Counted from the stretch's first letter, positions 38,202 to 51,708 are shown. The stretch: DNA of 64,000 nt from Squalus acanthias (GCA_030390025.1 CM059432.1:125180001-125244000), one strand, 5' to 3'. Made by a program: numbers and translations. Notes: generated by a model from the sequence alone, not told the origin.

Positions 38202-38255
38202 AGAACTGCCACACAGCTGAGGAAGAGGTTCAATGACCTCACAAGGGTGGCCAAG
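38202..38255 (+). pseudogene. Fragment of a Harbinger Myb/SANT-like DNA-binding gene (RTATQLRKRFNDLTRVAK)
   Basis: RTxxQxRKRFNDL resembles the third helix of Harbinger-associated Myb/trihelix proteins and is followed by a gt donor. Confidence 0.5.
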
Positions 38256-39334
38256 GTAATTCAAGCCACTGCTGCCAATCCACAGGCACTGCCCCTGCTA
38301 GAGGCTTCACCCACCTCCTTACCTCTCATACTTTTTCTCTGTCATCATCTGGGTTTCAGGAAAGCTGATGTATGCAATGGGGAACTTCTGCAAACACTGA
38401 ATGTGTGATTAAACAGCACATTTCTGTACACAATTTGCACATTTCCCTAAACCTGCACATTTCTGTACACAATGCTTTTTTTTTTAAAAAACAGCTAATT
38501 TTGGTAAAATATCAGAATTTCAAAGATGTTGAGCGCAGTGTATCTGCGAACTCTACATTTTGGCCCCATGTAATCAATGTAATTATTGAAGCATGTGATT
38601 CAATATTTATTTTACTATTCCACGCAGAGTAAGGGTAATGAGTCACACCAAGTTTGTATTTAAAGTGATGTGTACAGAGGAAAGTAAAAACATGCATGTT
38701 GATATGACCCCCATCCATTGTGCTTAGAGTTCATGACTTTTTGGCCTTAAAGGAAATTCTGCCTGAAATATTTATATAAATATCATGTAAAATGATTACT
38801 TTAGGAATGCAAGATCCTCAGTGTCTTTGGCTGTATTAAAGAATATGCTGGGAAAATTGATCTGGCTGAAATCCCAAGACAGAGACGCATTGCATCTGGA
38901 TAAAGTAAACAACTGCACTGGTTGCTTGACAATCAGCCAAACTCAAAAAATAAATTTCTGACGGAGAAACTCTGTAGGCTAGTGCTCATCATATTGGTCT
39001 CCCAACTAAATTGTTGAGTTTGAGGTCCAGTGTTTTCATCCCATCGGCAGGAGGCATTTTTGCACATATGAAAATGATGGTTCTCAAATGCATAACAATG
39101 TGGTTGGGAAATTCAAACGGTAAAGTAAATTTATACTGACAAATATAAAGTATTGCACACTGAGAAAGAAAGAATGCAACATTGGTATACAATGGATGGA
39201 ATAGAATTAGCATAAGGGTATGTAAAAAGGGCTAGGAGTAATAGTAGATATGTCACTTTCGATATCTTAGCTATGTGGCAAAGTGAATAAAATGTTGGGG
39301 TTATATTGCCAGGACACTGCTATACAATTGTTTT

Positions 39335-40095
39335 TAATTCATTCATGGGATGTGGGCGTCGCTGGCAGGGCCAGCATTTACTGCCCATCCCTAATTGCCC
39401 TTGAGAAGGTGGTGGTGAGCCGCCGCCTTGAACCGCTGCAGTCCGTGTGGTGAAAGTACTCCCACAGTGCTGTTAGCTAGGGAGTTCCAGGATTTTGACC
39501 CAGCGACGATGAAGGAATAGCAATATATTTCCAAGTCAGGATGGTGTGTGACTTGAAGGGGAACTTGGAGGTGGTGGTGTTCCCATGTGCCTGCTGCCCT
39601 TATCCTTTTAGGTGGTAGAGGTCGTGGGTTTGGGAGGTGCTATCGGAGAAGCTTTGGCAAGTTGCTGCAGTGCAATTTGTAGATGGTACACACTGCAGAC
39701 AAGGTGCGCCGGTGGTGGAATGAGTGAATGTTTAAGGTGGTGGATGGGGTGCCAATTAAGCGGACTGCTTTGTCCTGGATGGTGTCGAGCTTCTTGAGTG
39801 TTGTTGGAGCTGCACTCATCCAGGCAAGTGGAGAGTATTCCATCACACTCCTTACTCGTGCTTTGTAGATGGTGGAAAGGCTTTGGGGAGTCAGGAGGTG
39901 AGTCCCTCGCTGCAGAATATCCAGCCTCTGACATGCTCTTGTAGCCACAGTATTTATGTGGCTGGTCCAGTTAAGTTTCTGATCAGTGGTGACCCCCAGG
40001 ATGTTGATGGTGGGGGATTCAATGATGGTAATGTCATTGAACGTTAAGGGGAGCTGGTTAGACTTTCTCTTGTTGGAGATGGTCATTGCCTGGCC
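39335..40095 (-). mobile_element. 3' fragment of the same LINE family as 5630-7122
   Basis: ESPTINILGVTTDQKLNWTSHINTVATRA...MEYSPLAWMSAAPTTLKKLDTIQDKA and the same 3' tail. Confidence 0.9.
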
Positions 40096-40299
40096 ATCAA
40101 TTCTACAAGGGATTTGCTAGGTTTTGCAATGCACTGGTCTCCTGTCGCATTGCTTATGGGTAATTCAGGACTTGTAGCATGGGAGCTGACCAGTGAATTG
40201 ACTTGAGGGTAGTGTTATGGTGGTGTTGTTGTTGGTCTGAGTTTTGGAGACAGTATGGTAGATTTTCAGGCTTATAGTAGAACTTAGCAATCCAAAACT

Positions 40300-43200
40300 G
40301 GGGAGAGTGAGTGAGCGGACCTGCGGGAGGAATGGAGTCGGAGACCGGGGATAAAGACAGCGCGGAACAGATGCCTGGGAGTCTGAGTGAGCGGACTACC
40401 TGCGAGGGAGAAAGTCGGCAAGCGACACAACGAAGGAGTGACGTCAGAATTCAAAGGTGTCGCTGGCCCAAGGGAGCTGAGAGCTGAGTATAGGGTGAGT
40501 ATTTGTGGTAAGTTTTTTTTGTTCTGTTTTCAGTATATTTCTGCTAAGTAGTTCATTGCCTATCTAATGGAGGGAAGTGCTGATTGATGGGTAGCTGTTG
40601 TGTTTCTTCTTAAGTTTATTTCTGCTAAATTACCTCCATAGTCTGGTAAATAGAGGCATGGCAGGGCAGCTCAGTCCTGTGATTTGCACATCCTGTGCCA
40701 TGTGGGATATCCTGGACGCTTCTTGCAGCCTGGACAACCACGTATGCAGTTGGTGTTGCCAACTGCAGCAACTCGAGCTCCGGGTTTCAGAGCTTGAGCG
40801 GCAGCTGGAGTCACTACAGTGCATCCGCGAGGCTGAGAAATACTTGGAAAGCAGGTTTCTAGAAGTGGACACCCCGCAGCCTCAGAATGTGCAGGCAGAG
40901 AGGGAATGAGTGTCCACCAGACAGAGAAGAAGGACCAGGCAGGGAGGGCAGGAATCCCCAGCGTGCATCTCGCTCGCTAACTGGTTCACAGTTCTGGAAA
41001 CTGGTGGGGGTGATGGCTCCTCTGGGGAGTGCAGCCAAGGCCACGACACCACAGGTGGCACAGCTGCACGGGGGGAGGAAGAAGAGTGGAAGAGCAATAG
41101 TGATGGGGGGATTCATTGGTTAGGGGACAGATAGGCGTTTCTGTGGACGCAGGCGTGACTCCAAGATGGTATGTTGCCTCCCTGGTGCCAGGGTCAAGGA
41201 TGTCACTGAGCGGCTGCAGGACACTGAGGGGGGAGGGTGAACAGCCAGAGGTCGTTGTCCATATTGGTACCAATGATATAGGCAGAAAGAGGGATGAGGT
41301 CCTGCAGGCAGACTATAGGGAGCTAGGAAAGAGATTAAAAAGCAGGACCTCAAAGGTAGTAATCTCCGGATTACTCGCGGTGCCACGTGCTAGTGAGTAC
41401 AGGAATAGGAGGATAGAACAGATGAATGTGTGGCTGGAGAGATGGTGCTGGAGAGATGGTGCAGGAGGGAGGGCTTTAGATTCCTGAGGCATTGGGACCA
41501 TTTCTGGGGAAGGTGGGACCTGTACAAGCCGGACGGGTTACACCTCAACAGAGCCGGGACCAATATTCTTGCGGGGAGGTTTGCTAGTGCTGTTGGGGAG
41601 GGTTTAAACTAGCTTGGCAGGGGGATGGGCACCAGCATGTAGGAGTGGAGGGGAGGAATGGGGTGCACGGAAGAGAGTGTGTTGGATGGTACTGGAGGGG
41701 AAGGTAGTGCTGGAGGCGGAAGTAGTACCATATTAGATAGGAGTAGACCAAGAAAGACTACGAAAAATTCAAAAATGGGTTTAGAATGCATGTACATAAA
41801 TGTACAAAGTGTGGTGAATAATGTTGGGGAGCTACAAGCACAATTAGCCATGTGGCAATATAATGTTGTGGCAATAACGGAAATATGGCTTAAAAACAGT
41901 GAGGACTGGGCACTTAATATTCAAGGGTACAAGGTGATCAGAAAAGATAGGGAAGGGAAAAAAGGGAGGTGGGGTGGCAATGCTGATTAAGGAAGACATT
42001 GTAGTGTTGGAAAGGGAGGATGTTCTTGAGGGGACAAGGACAGAATCCATTTGGTTAGAGTTGATGAGCAAAAAGGGTATGATCACACTATTGTGGGTAT
42101 TCTACAGGCCTCCAAATAGTGAGAGGGAGGTAGAGGAGCAAATCTGCAGGGAAATCGCAGAGACATGCAAGAGCTATAGTGGTGATATTGGGGGACTTTA
42201 ATTACCCAAATATCGATTGGGATAATGCTAGGGTAAAGGGAAAGGAGGGGGAGGAATTTCTGAAACGTGTTCAGGAGAATTTTCTTGAACAGTATGTTCT
42301 TGGCCCAACTAGGAAGGAGGCATTGCTGGGGAATGAGGTGGGCCAGGTCGACCAAGTGTCTGTGGGAGAACACTTGGGTACGAGTGATCATCGTATCATA
42401 AGATTTAGATTAGCAATGGAGAGGAGCAAGGAACAATCTAGAGTGGAACTTCTAAACTGGAATAGGGCTAACTTCAATGAGATACGAAAGGATCTAGCCA
42501 GGGTAAAATGGAGCCAAAGACTGACAGAAAAAACTGTAACGGAACAATGGGTTATCTTTAAGGAGGAGATGTTCCAAGTACAGGTTAGGTACATTCCAAC
42601 AAGAGGGAAGGGTAAGGGAACCAAAGCAAGGGCTCCTTGGATGACGAGGGAGATTGAGAAGATGATGAAACAAAAAAAAGAGGGTGTGTAATGAATGCCA
42701 GGTGAATTCTTCAAGGGAGAACCAGACCAAATACAATAAGTTGAGAGGGGAAGTGAAGATGAAAATAAGATTGGCAAAGAGAGAATATGAGAGTAGAATG
42801 GCGGTTAACATAAAAGGGAACCCAAAAATCTTCTACCGGCATGTAAACAGTAAGCGGGTAGTAAGAGGCGGGGTGGGGCCTATTGGGGACAAAGAAGGTG
42901 ATATATGCTTAGAGGCACAGGGCAAGGCTAGAATACTCAATGAGTACTTTGTATCGGTGTTTACTAAGGAGGTGGAAGCTGACAAAATATTGGTAGAAGT
43001 GGAAAAGGTAGAAGTAATGGAAGGGGTGAAAATTGATAGACAGGATGTACTAGAAAGACTGGATATGCTTAGAGTGGATAAGTCACCTGGTCCAGATGGC
43101 TTGCATCCCAGGTTGCTAAGGGAATTGGGGGAGAAGATAGCAGAAGGGCTTGCAATAATTTTCCAATCTTCCCTAGATGTGGGGGAGGTGCCCGAGGATT

Positions 43201-45535
43201 GGAAAATGGCAAATGTGACACCATTGTTCAAGAAAGGATGTAAGGACAATCCTCGTAACTACAGGCCGGTCAGTTTAACATCAGTGTTGGGTAAAGTTTT
43301 AGAAACAATAATCAAGGAAAAAATGAACGGGCACTTGGAGAGGTTTAAGCTAATTAAGGAGAGCCAACTCAGATTTCTAAAAGGCAGATCGTGTTTGACT
43401 AATCTAACTAAATTTTTTGATGAAGTAACAGAGAGGATTGATGAAGGGAATGCAATGGATGTTGTGTACATGGATTTTCAGAAGGCGTTTGACAAAGTAC
43501 CACATAGAAGGCTGGTTAACAAAATTGAGGCTCATGGAATAGGTGGGTCAGTGACAGCTTGGATAAGGAATTGAATTAAGAACAGAAAACAGCGAGTTGT
43601 GGTAAATGGCTGTTTTTCAGACTGGAGGATGGTAGACAGTGGTGTTCCCCAAGGGTCAGTGCTAGGGCCACTGCTTTTTTTGATATATATAAATGACCTG
43701 GATATTGGAATACAGAGTAGAATTTCTAAATTTGCCGATGACAAACTTGGGGGTGTGGCAAACGGTGATGATGATACCAATCGACTGCAACAGGACATAG
43801 AAAGGCTAGCAGAATGGGCAGACAAGTGGCAGATGTAATTTAATACAGAGAAGTGTGAGGTGATGCATTTTGGCAGAAGGAACAGGGAGAGGCAATATAC
43901 ACTTAATGGCACAGTTTTAAAGAGTGTGCAGGGACAGAGGGACCTGGGAGTTAATGTGCGGGTGACGGTGGGGTGGCGGGACATATTGAGAGAGTGGTTA
44001 GCAAAGCATATGGGATCTTGGGCTTCATAAATAGAGGAATTGAGTACAAAAGTAGAGAAGTTATGCTGAAGCTTTATAAAGCACTGGTTAGGCCACAACT
44101 GGAGTATTGCATCCAGTTCTGGTCACCACACTTTAGGAAGGATGTGAAGGCCCTTGAGAGGGTGCAGAGGAGATTTACCAGAATGGTTCAGTGGATGGGG
44201 GATCTTAGCTGCAAGGACAAGTTGGAGAAGCTGGATTTGTTTTAATTGGAGCAAAGGAGGTTGAGGGGAGATTTGATAGAGGTGTACAAGATTATGACTG
44301 GTTTGGATCGGCTAGATGGGGAAAGGTTGTTCCCACTAGTTGATGGTACAAGGACTAGGGGACACAGATTTAAAGTTTTGGGCAAGAGATACAGGGGGGA
44401 TATGAGGGGGAAAAAAATTTACACAGCGAGTGGTGAGGACCTGGAACTTGCTGCCGACGTAAGTGGTGGAAGCGGAGACACTCGGGGGAAAAATTCAGTT
44501 GGTTGCGCCTCCCGTTAGTGCCTTAAGAGGGCGCTAATGGGGCGCAAAGCATCTAGCGCCCGGGCGCGGCGAAGTTTGCGCCGCTCGCGAAATTAACTAG
44601 ACATTTTGCGGCGGCGCTAAACACTACCGCCACGATCTCCTGCGCCGGCAGATCGTGACGTCAGTCGAGTGCGCAACGCCCCGGTATCACCCTGGAGCAG
44701 ATATTGAGTGGCGCCCCCTGCCTTACCGCCTGACGCTAGCAACGACAGGTTGAGGGGAGCGTTCTGCAGTCATGAAGGGAAAGGGGGAGCGCTATTTAAA
44801 GGTGACCGCTTCCTGCCTTTTATTGTTGGTGCCATTTTTGAACTACGCATTCTGAGAGAGAGAGAGGGAGACTTCTGGAGAGATTCAACGTTGTGTGAAG
44901 GAGTTTTGGGTACTGAGCAGCACTTTGCAGGTTCATTTTGATTTGCCATTCCTTGCATCGATTTAGAAGAGACTGTGGGGGCTGCACTCTGAGCTGTTTG
45001 CCTCGTACTCTCCATTGTTCTTTCCAGCAGATTTGATGTGCAGGTCTCTCCAGGCCGAGATTCAAGGCTGCAATGAGCAGGATGTGGATGGAAAGCAAGA
45101 TTAACTCTCCCCTTTAAGAACTGGCCCATGCCATTGTGTGTGTGTTCCATTGCTGACTGACATTACATGAGCTTCGCCAACGCTCTGAGGTAGCGCCTCG
45201 CTCCTCGGCCTTTGCGCCTTAAGACAGGTGTGAAGCGCCTGATTTAGCGCTCCAACAACCTCCAGGGTCGATAAAAGTCAAGTTTGCAGTCGGTGGCGAT
45301 AATTAGCGCCAGGCGCTAATCTTTACGCCCAGCCGATAATTGCGCCCCAAATGGGGCGATACTGAATTTCTCCCCCTCAATGTTTTCAAGGGGAGACTGG
45401 ATAGGCACTTGAGGGAAGTAAACTTGCAGGGCTACGGTGATGGAGCGGGGGAATGGGACTGACTGGATTGCTCTACAGAGAGCCGGCACGGACTCGATGG
45501 GCCGAATGGCCTGCTTCTGTGCCGTTATGACTCTG
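40300..45535 (+). mobile_element. Near full-length CR1 LINE (5' UTR, ORF1 Zn-finger/coiled coil plus SGNH esterase, ORF2 APE endonuclease plus RT), inactivated and interrupted by a MITE
   Basis: ORF1 from about 40658: MAGQLSPVICTSCAMW...LELRVSELERQL, VVVHIGTNDIG, DGLHLN (stop 41612). ORF2 pieces YINVQS, AITEIWL, GDFNYP, SDH, YMDFQKAFDKVPH, FADD. Several stops and frameshifts. Confidence 0.93.
44484..45375 (-). mobile_element. Non-autonomous PIF/Harbinger-type element, copy 3 (inverted relative to copies 1 and 2), inside the CR1 3' region
   Basis: Same TIRs, TSD CTC. Removing it restores CR1 gcggagacactcaatgttttcaag. Confidence 0.88.
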
Positions 45536-45699
45536 AGAATCAGTCATACCTTATCTCCATCCATTTCTCACATCGCATACATTTCGTTGGGGAATGTGAT
45601 GGTGCAGGAAGTTACTGCCGAAACAGGAGGCTCAATGGAGCAATTTCAGGCTGCACCCGAAGTACTCCGCATTCGCCCACACCAGAATCTAAACAGAGG

Positions 45700-47190
45700 C
45701 ATGTACCGCCATTCTTCAAAGGAGCAGTGCCAGTGATTTACAAGGGACGCCATGACAGAGTTATGCCATATGCGCCAAGCAAACCTGCAGCCAAACTGTT
45801 TCACAGGCACAGAACTGCAAGTGAATGTCAAGGTTACAATTGCCTTTAACTTTTATGCTTCTGGATCATTTCAGGATGTCACTGGGGACATCAACACATC
45901 AACGCATAAACCAATCAGTTATCAACAGATGTATAAAGCAAACAACCAATACCTGTTTGCTCTAGCGAGCAACTTCATCTTCCTCTTGGACAACCAAGAG
46001 CAACTATGCAATTTTATAGACTGCATTCATATGGCCCATAATGCTCCTTAGCACAATGTCACTATCTGTGTGAATAGGAAAGGATTTCACTTTCTCAATA
46101 TTCATCTTATTTGCAACCATCAGCAGTGCATTCTGAAGTCAGTGCTAATTTCCCAGGCAGTTGTCACAGTGCCTTTGCTTTAAGGCAGTCCACCATACCT
46201 TCAGCGGGTAATTGATTGGGCCAAACTAGGCCCTCTCCCTCCATCAGGATATTTCGGGACCTTCCCGTCACAACCCCGGGGACGACCATCAATCTTCGCT
46301 TTGGCAGTCTTAGAGAGGGACGGACAGGAAGAAAATGAGCTGGGAACCTGGGCCCAGTCTCTTCACTAGCATTTACGCGCAGCAGGCAGTGAAGGGGTGC
46401 TGGTGGCAGTCCCTGCAGGTGGAGGGGGAAGGAAATATATTCTGCTCAACCAGTCTGTTAGCATTTACCCCTCCAAATGAGCAAATAATCCAAATCACAT
46501 TTACCCACATCTCATTCCCATATCCCCTCATTCCCTTTTCCTTCATACACCTAAGCCAATCTAATCTTGAATATTGACATAGATTCTGCCTCAACAATCT
46601 CCTTCAACCACTAACTATGGAATTGAATTCCACAGTCTCACAACTGTCTGTGTGAAGAAGTTTCTCCTGCCATCTGTTCCACATCTCTTACATTAATCTT
46701 GTATATATGGTCCCATATTCTTCATCCCTTAATAATCTGAAATAGTCAGCTTCTATCTACTCTGTCCCATCTTATTCTATTATATTGCCCCATAATCCGC
46801 GTTGTTCTAACAAAAGTAAGTTAGGATGGAGAGACATTGGGTTGCCTCGCTGCCAGACTTACCCTCCTGCTTCTGCCACTATCCTGCCCAATTTGGGCTA
46901 GAATAGCGGAGGAAAATCCAGGCATAAGTCTGAGAGTAGCTCTTTGGAAATCAAGGTTCTCCTCAGCAGCCATGACTTATGACACCTCTGTGGAATCCAA
47001 ATACACCAGCTGAATACAGATATAAATTGCATACCAACTAATCACCGAGCACACCATTGCCATGTTGAAGCAGCACTTCAGGTGCTCAGATAGATCTGGG
47101 GGCATACTGCTGTGCTGCCCAGCTACGACTTCAAGGATCGTGATAATCTGGTGCTCGTTGTAAAACTATGCCCTGGAGAGGGAAAGCCCC
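45700..47190 (+). pseudogene. Decayed PIF/Harbinger (HARBI1-like) DDE transposase, interrupted at about 46210-46930
   Basis: KVTIAFNFYASGSFQ, IDCIH, VNRKGFHFLNIHLICNH, ANFPGSCH, (W)LMTPL.NP.TPAE.RY and EHTIAMLKQHFRCSDRSGG match Harbinger transposase motifs. Contains stops and frameshifts. Confidence 0.85.
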
Positions 47191-48924
47191 CCAAGTGCAG
47201 CAAGGGGAGCAGCAGCATCCTGAAGAGCCTCCAGAGTTCATCCAGAGGAGAACCCATTCCCAACTGCTAGAACCATTCAACAATATGGCACCTTCTCTTA
47301 AGTAGGAAATGTAGCCACCTCATTAATCATCCTATCTACATCTTCCCTACACCCTCCACAAATTTTCCATGTAACTCACAAATATGCTGTCTGTGGCACC
47401 TGATGAAACGTGCAGCAGACTTTTGCAAGAGCATTCCCCGTGCACATTTAAAATTCAGTGCAACCAGGTTATTAATAAACAAATTAATATATGGTCATGT
47501 ATCTAGGTTTTGCTTCCACAATGTTTCCCCTTGGTAACTGTGTGATACATTAAAACTAGTCTGTTGCTTCATATAGATTCTGTCTCAATATAGGGGTATG
47601 TGAGATGACTGGCTGCTCAGTGTGCATAGGTGAGGGTCACCTCTTGAAACTGAGATGACACCTCACCTCAGGGTAGCTGAGTCCCAAGATAAATCTGTTG
47701 CAGGATATGCCATTTCCGCTTTTGTGTGGGCAGTCCAGGCTTGCGTGCTTTCTAGAACTTATGCAAGCTTTGGAGGGGGCTGGAGGAATGGTTTAAAGGC
47801 ATTGGCATCCTGAAAGACAGTACCATCATTATGCCCATTCCAGCCAGGCCTCTGCTACTAGGAACTGCCTCACCATGGCCACTGATCAGTGTGACTGCAG
47901 ATCTAATGGCAACAATCAAATGCGTGAAGTCCTGCCTCGTTTGTTCTCTCTAGTCAATCTCCAAGCCTATCGAAGTTGGAAGGAAGAGCTTATTCCACTC
48001 GGGCCTCTGTGGCAGAAACCTAAGCAGTCATGGGAGGAACCCAAATTGCTTTAAGGCCTCTTGCACAGGCCAGGAATCCCATTGCAGCTGTCTGTGAAAT
48101 TGACACATGCTCCACTCTGGGATAACTATGATGTAAGGCTGCACACATGAAGCTCTAGGACGTTTCCAACCATGTCATCATCTGAGGCATGCTGCTTGGC
48201 ATGGTCTCCAATGCCTACGCCAATGCTTGAGGCACAGAAAGGCATCTTGTTTCTAAAAACAGATCTCTAGATCCAAATACCCAAAAGCTGAGGCAGGACA
48301 CAAGTTGGCACTGCGACCAGCAGGAATCTCTTCCTCTTCTGTAACCACCACCAACTCCCACTCACTTGTGCTATATGTTTTACCCAGAGCATTCCCCTCT
48401 AGCTCATATTTCCTTCTAGATAAATGAAGCATGTGTCTGTAGCACATGTAAAGAACAAATGATTGCAACAATATCCTTATAAGCAGTCTTCACTTGTAGC
48501 TTTAATAGAAAGAGCGACATAGTAGAGAGCTTAAGTATGTGCTTTGATGTCAGTAAGAGAATTAAGAATAGAGAAAGTTTAGAATAAACCCTGAACTGAC
48601 AGGAAGCCTCCTACTTCCCCATCTCCTACATCCTGGTGGCCTCCCTTCCCAGCATTTTGACGTATTCTTCCTCATGTGGAGTTAGAGAGCTAAAGTTAAG
48701 GGTCCTCCACTGTAACTGCTCTTGTTATGGGTTGTGTAGGACTGATCAGTGTAAACAAAAGATTTTGGTTTTGGACATGGAGTACTTAAAAGGAAACCAG
48801 GCAGGAACATTAGATGCAATTAACATGAAATTAAAGACTGGGTTTATTATAAACATGCTTGAACAATAAAAAAAAAAGTGACTATAGAAGAGAGACAGCT
48901 GGAAAGCAAAACAGAAACAGAAGG

Positions 48925-49230
48925 AGAGAACTTGCATTCATATAGTTCCTTGTCCCATCTCTCGATGTCCCAGAGCACGTCACATACAATGGATTACTTT
49001 CAAAGGCAATTGCTGTTGCTATGTAGGGGAACATGGCAGCCATTTTGTTCACAGCAAGGTCCAACAAACCGCAGTTAATGCCAGCTACTCTATTTATTGG
49101 TGATGTTGGTTGAAGGAAGAACATTGGGTTGAAGGACATTGCAAGAACTTTCCTGCTTTTCTTCAGATCATGTGGTGGGATCTTTACTATCCACTTGAGC
49201 AGACAGATTGGGCTTTGGTTTAACATCTCA
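48925..49230 (-). mobile_element. Deu-domain SINE fragment
   Basis: aacttgcattcatatag...gggatctttactatccacttgag, the reverse complement of the SINE core and tail. Confidence 0.65.
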
Positions 49231-49700
49231 TCCTGGATGAGTGCAGCTCCAACAACACTCAAGAAGCTCGACACCATCCAAGACAAAGCAGCCCACTTGA
49301 TTGGCACCCCATCCACCACCGGCATACCGTGGCTGCAGTGTGTACCATCTACAAGATGCACTGCAGCAGCTCGCCAAGGCTTCTTCAGGCAGCACCACCC
49401 AAACCTGCGACCTCTACCACCTAGAAGGACAAGGGCAGCAGGCGCATGGGAACACCACCACCTCCAAGTTCACCTCCAAGTCACACACCATCCTGACTTG
49501 GAAGTATATCGTCGATCCTTCATCGTCGCTCGGTCAAAATCCTGGAACACCCTCCCTAACCGCAGTGTTGGGAGTACCTTCACCACACGGACTGCAGTGG
49601 TTCAAGAAGGCGGCTCACCACCACCTTCTCGAGGGCAACTAGGGATGGGCAACAAATGCTGGCCTTGCCAGCGACGCCCACATCCCATGAATGAATTTAT
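49230..49700 (+). mobile_element. 3' end of the LINE family at 5630-7122
   Basis: WMSAAPTTLKKLDTIQDKAAHLIGTP and tail agggatgggcaacaaatgctggccttgccagcgacgcccacatccc. Confidence 0.88.
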
Positions 49701-51708
49701 TTTAAAGATTAATGGTGTGACATGCAGTTTTGGTCATCATATCCTATAAAGGATTTGGCTGCATTAGAAAGGGTTTAGAGAAGATTGACCAGGATGATTC
49801 TAGGCCTTGGGTGCTTAAGTGATGAAGAAAAGTTCAAGTGACTAAAGTTTTTGTTGGGGAAAAACAGACTGAGGGGAGACAACATATATTTCTTTAAAAT
49901 AATAAGCTAAAGTAAGCAAACTATTTGATTTAGATAATGAGCATAAGACTGGATGGCACAAATACAAAATTCATAAGTTCAAACAAGGTTAAAGATTCAA
50001 ATAATGCTTTTTTCGCTACAAGACCATGAACATATGAAATAGACTCCCAGATAAGATAGGTGATTGAGTCAATTGATCCCTTTAAAAGAGTTGGATTGAT
50101 ATCTGTTGAGAAGGGGGATTGAGAGTTAAACACATATTAGCAGCATTGCTTGATTTTCTTTTTCAACGCGAAAGCCTTGAGGGGGTAATTTTAACACCCC
50201 AACAGGGGCGAGGGGGGTTAAAAATTCAAAAATCTGACACCCAACTCCAACGCGCTCACTTTCATTTTAACGGAGGCAGGTTGGGGGTTGGGCAAATAAC
50301 CTGCTCTCCTGAGGCGGGTCCATCATTTAAATACTTCAATGAGGTTGCGTGCCCCAAATTTAACCACAGTTTTACTTTTAACGTCTGCGGGCCAGGTTTC
50401 TCCGGGCTCGGGAAACCCGGCAGCTGAAGGGAGGCGCAAAGGGCCGGATCCAGCAGGTAAGTGTCTTCACAGCAGTGCTTGTGGGCCAGGAGGAGTAGGA
50501 GTGCTTCCCCTCGACCCACCAAGCTAACCTGCTTCCCTCCCCGCGATCCGATGCCCGCCCTGATGCTCTCTCCGGTCTGTGATCTTCTCGCTGGTGCCCC
50601 TCCCCCTGATGTTCTCCCCAGCCTCCGAGCCTCTGAATCTGGCTGGCTGTCGGCCAGGAAACAGTGACAAATTTTAAATGCGGTCCTGCCGTTAAATTCA
50701 GCAGGACCTCCCTCCGGGTTGCAACCCCCGCTCCCTCCCCATAAATATCAGAACAGCTGATTTGTATCTGCAAAGGGTCTTGCCAGCAGAAGATTTGGTG
50801 GGAGCGGGGGACATTTGCTTGCCTCTTATTTTTTCAGAACCAGCAGTGCACTAAAGAAATTCTGTGTGTTTATAGTGCCCTCTATTTTAAAGAGGCACGA
50901 TGGAGTCGGGACCAGAATTTGGTTGTTACAGGGGTAGGCGGGGTGGGGTGGGGTGAGAAGCCATGGGAGGAGTGCAGTGAAAAAGATGTAGGAGAGTGCA
51001 GCGAATTACCTGAAGTCGTGGGAGAGTAGCAAGAAGCTGAGAGAGAACAGGGAGAAGATGTAGTAGTGTAAGGAGCAACCACAAGGGAGCAAGAAGAACA
51101 GTAAGCAGCTGCCTTTGAACCATAGACAGGAGAGCTGAGAGAACAGCGAGCATCTACCCGAGAGCCAGAGTGCCAGACCACTGCACTGCTGGGTCTGAAA
51201 AAACATGAAACAAGCAAATGTCTTCTCCCCACTTCTGCTGGCAAGACCTCTTACTGATACAAATCAGCTATTGGAGCAAGAGAGGGAAAAAATGCATGCA
51301 CTGCATATGCCTGCCTCCGCCAATGCTCGGTATTAAGAATTTGCTCAATGTTGGTATTATTTATCCTCTATATAAGCATCAGGAACCATATTTCATGTTG
51401 CTACCTTTTGTATCGTCAAATGATGGAAAATGATGTGCGGTCTCGTGATGTGATTATGCATTCATTTATATGAGTCCACCTACAAATTGGCAAATGCTTC
51501 ATGGAGCCAGTGCATATCTGATTTAGAAAATTGAGCGGAGATCTAGCATTTTGGATCTCTGCCCAATTTTACAATCAGGTTTTCCCAATTTGCGCTCAAA
51601 AAATTGGGAAAGCCCAATTAGAAAATCTACACTAAAGAGTGTATTTTCTAGAAATATCCTTTAGACTATTTAAAACCATTTTCAGTAACCATGCGATTGC
51701 CTTTCTAG

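Noticed and set aside
42684..43574. 296-aa RT ORF as an active retrotransposon gene
   Set aside because: It is part of a CR1 ORF2 broken by stops, frameshifts and a MITE, so it is not functional.
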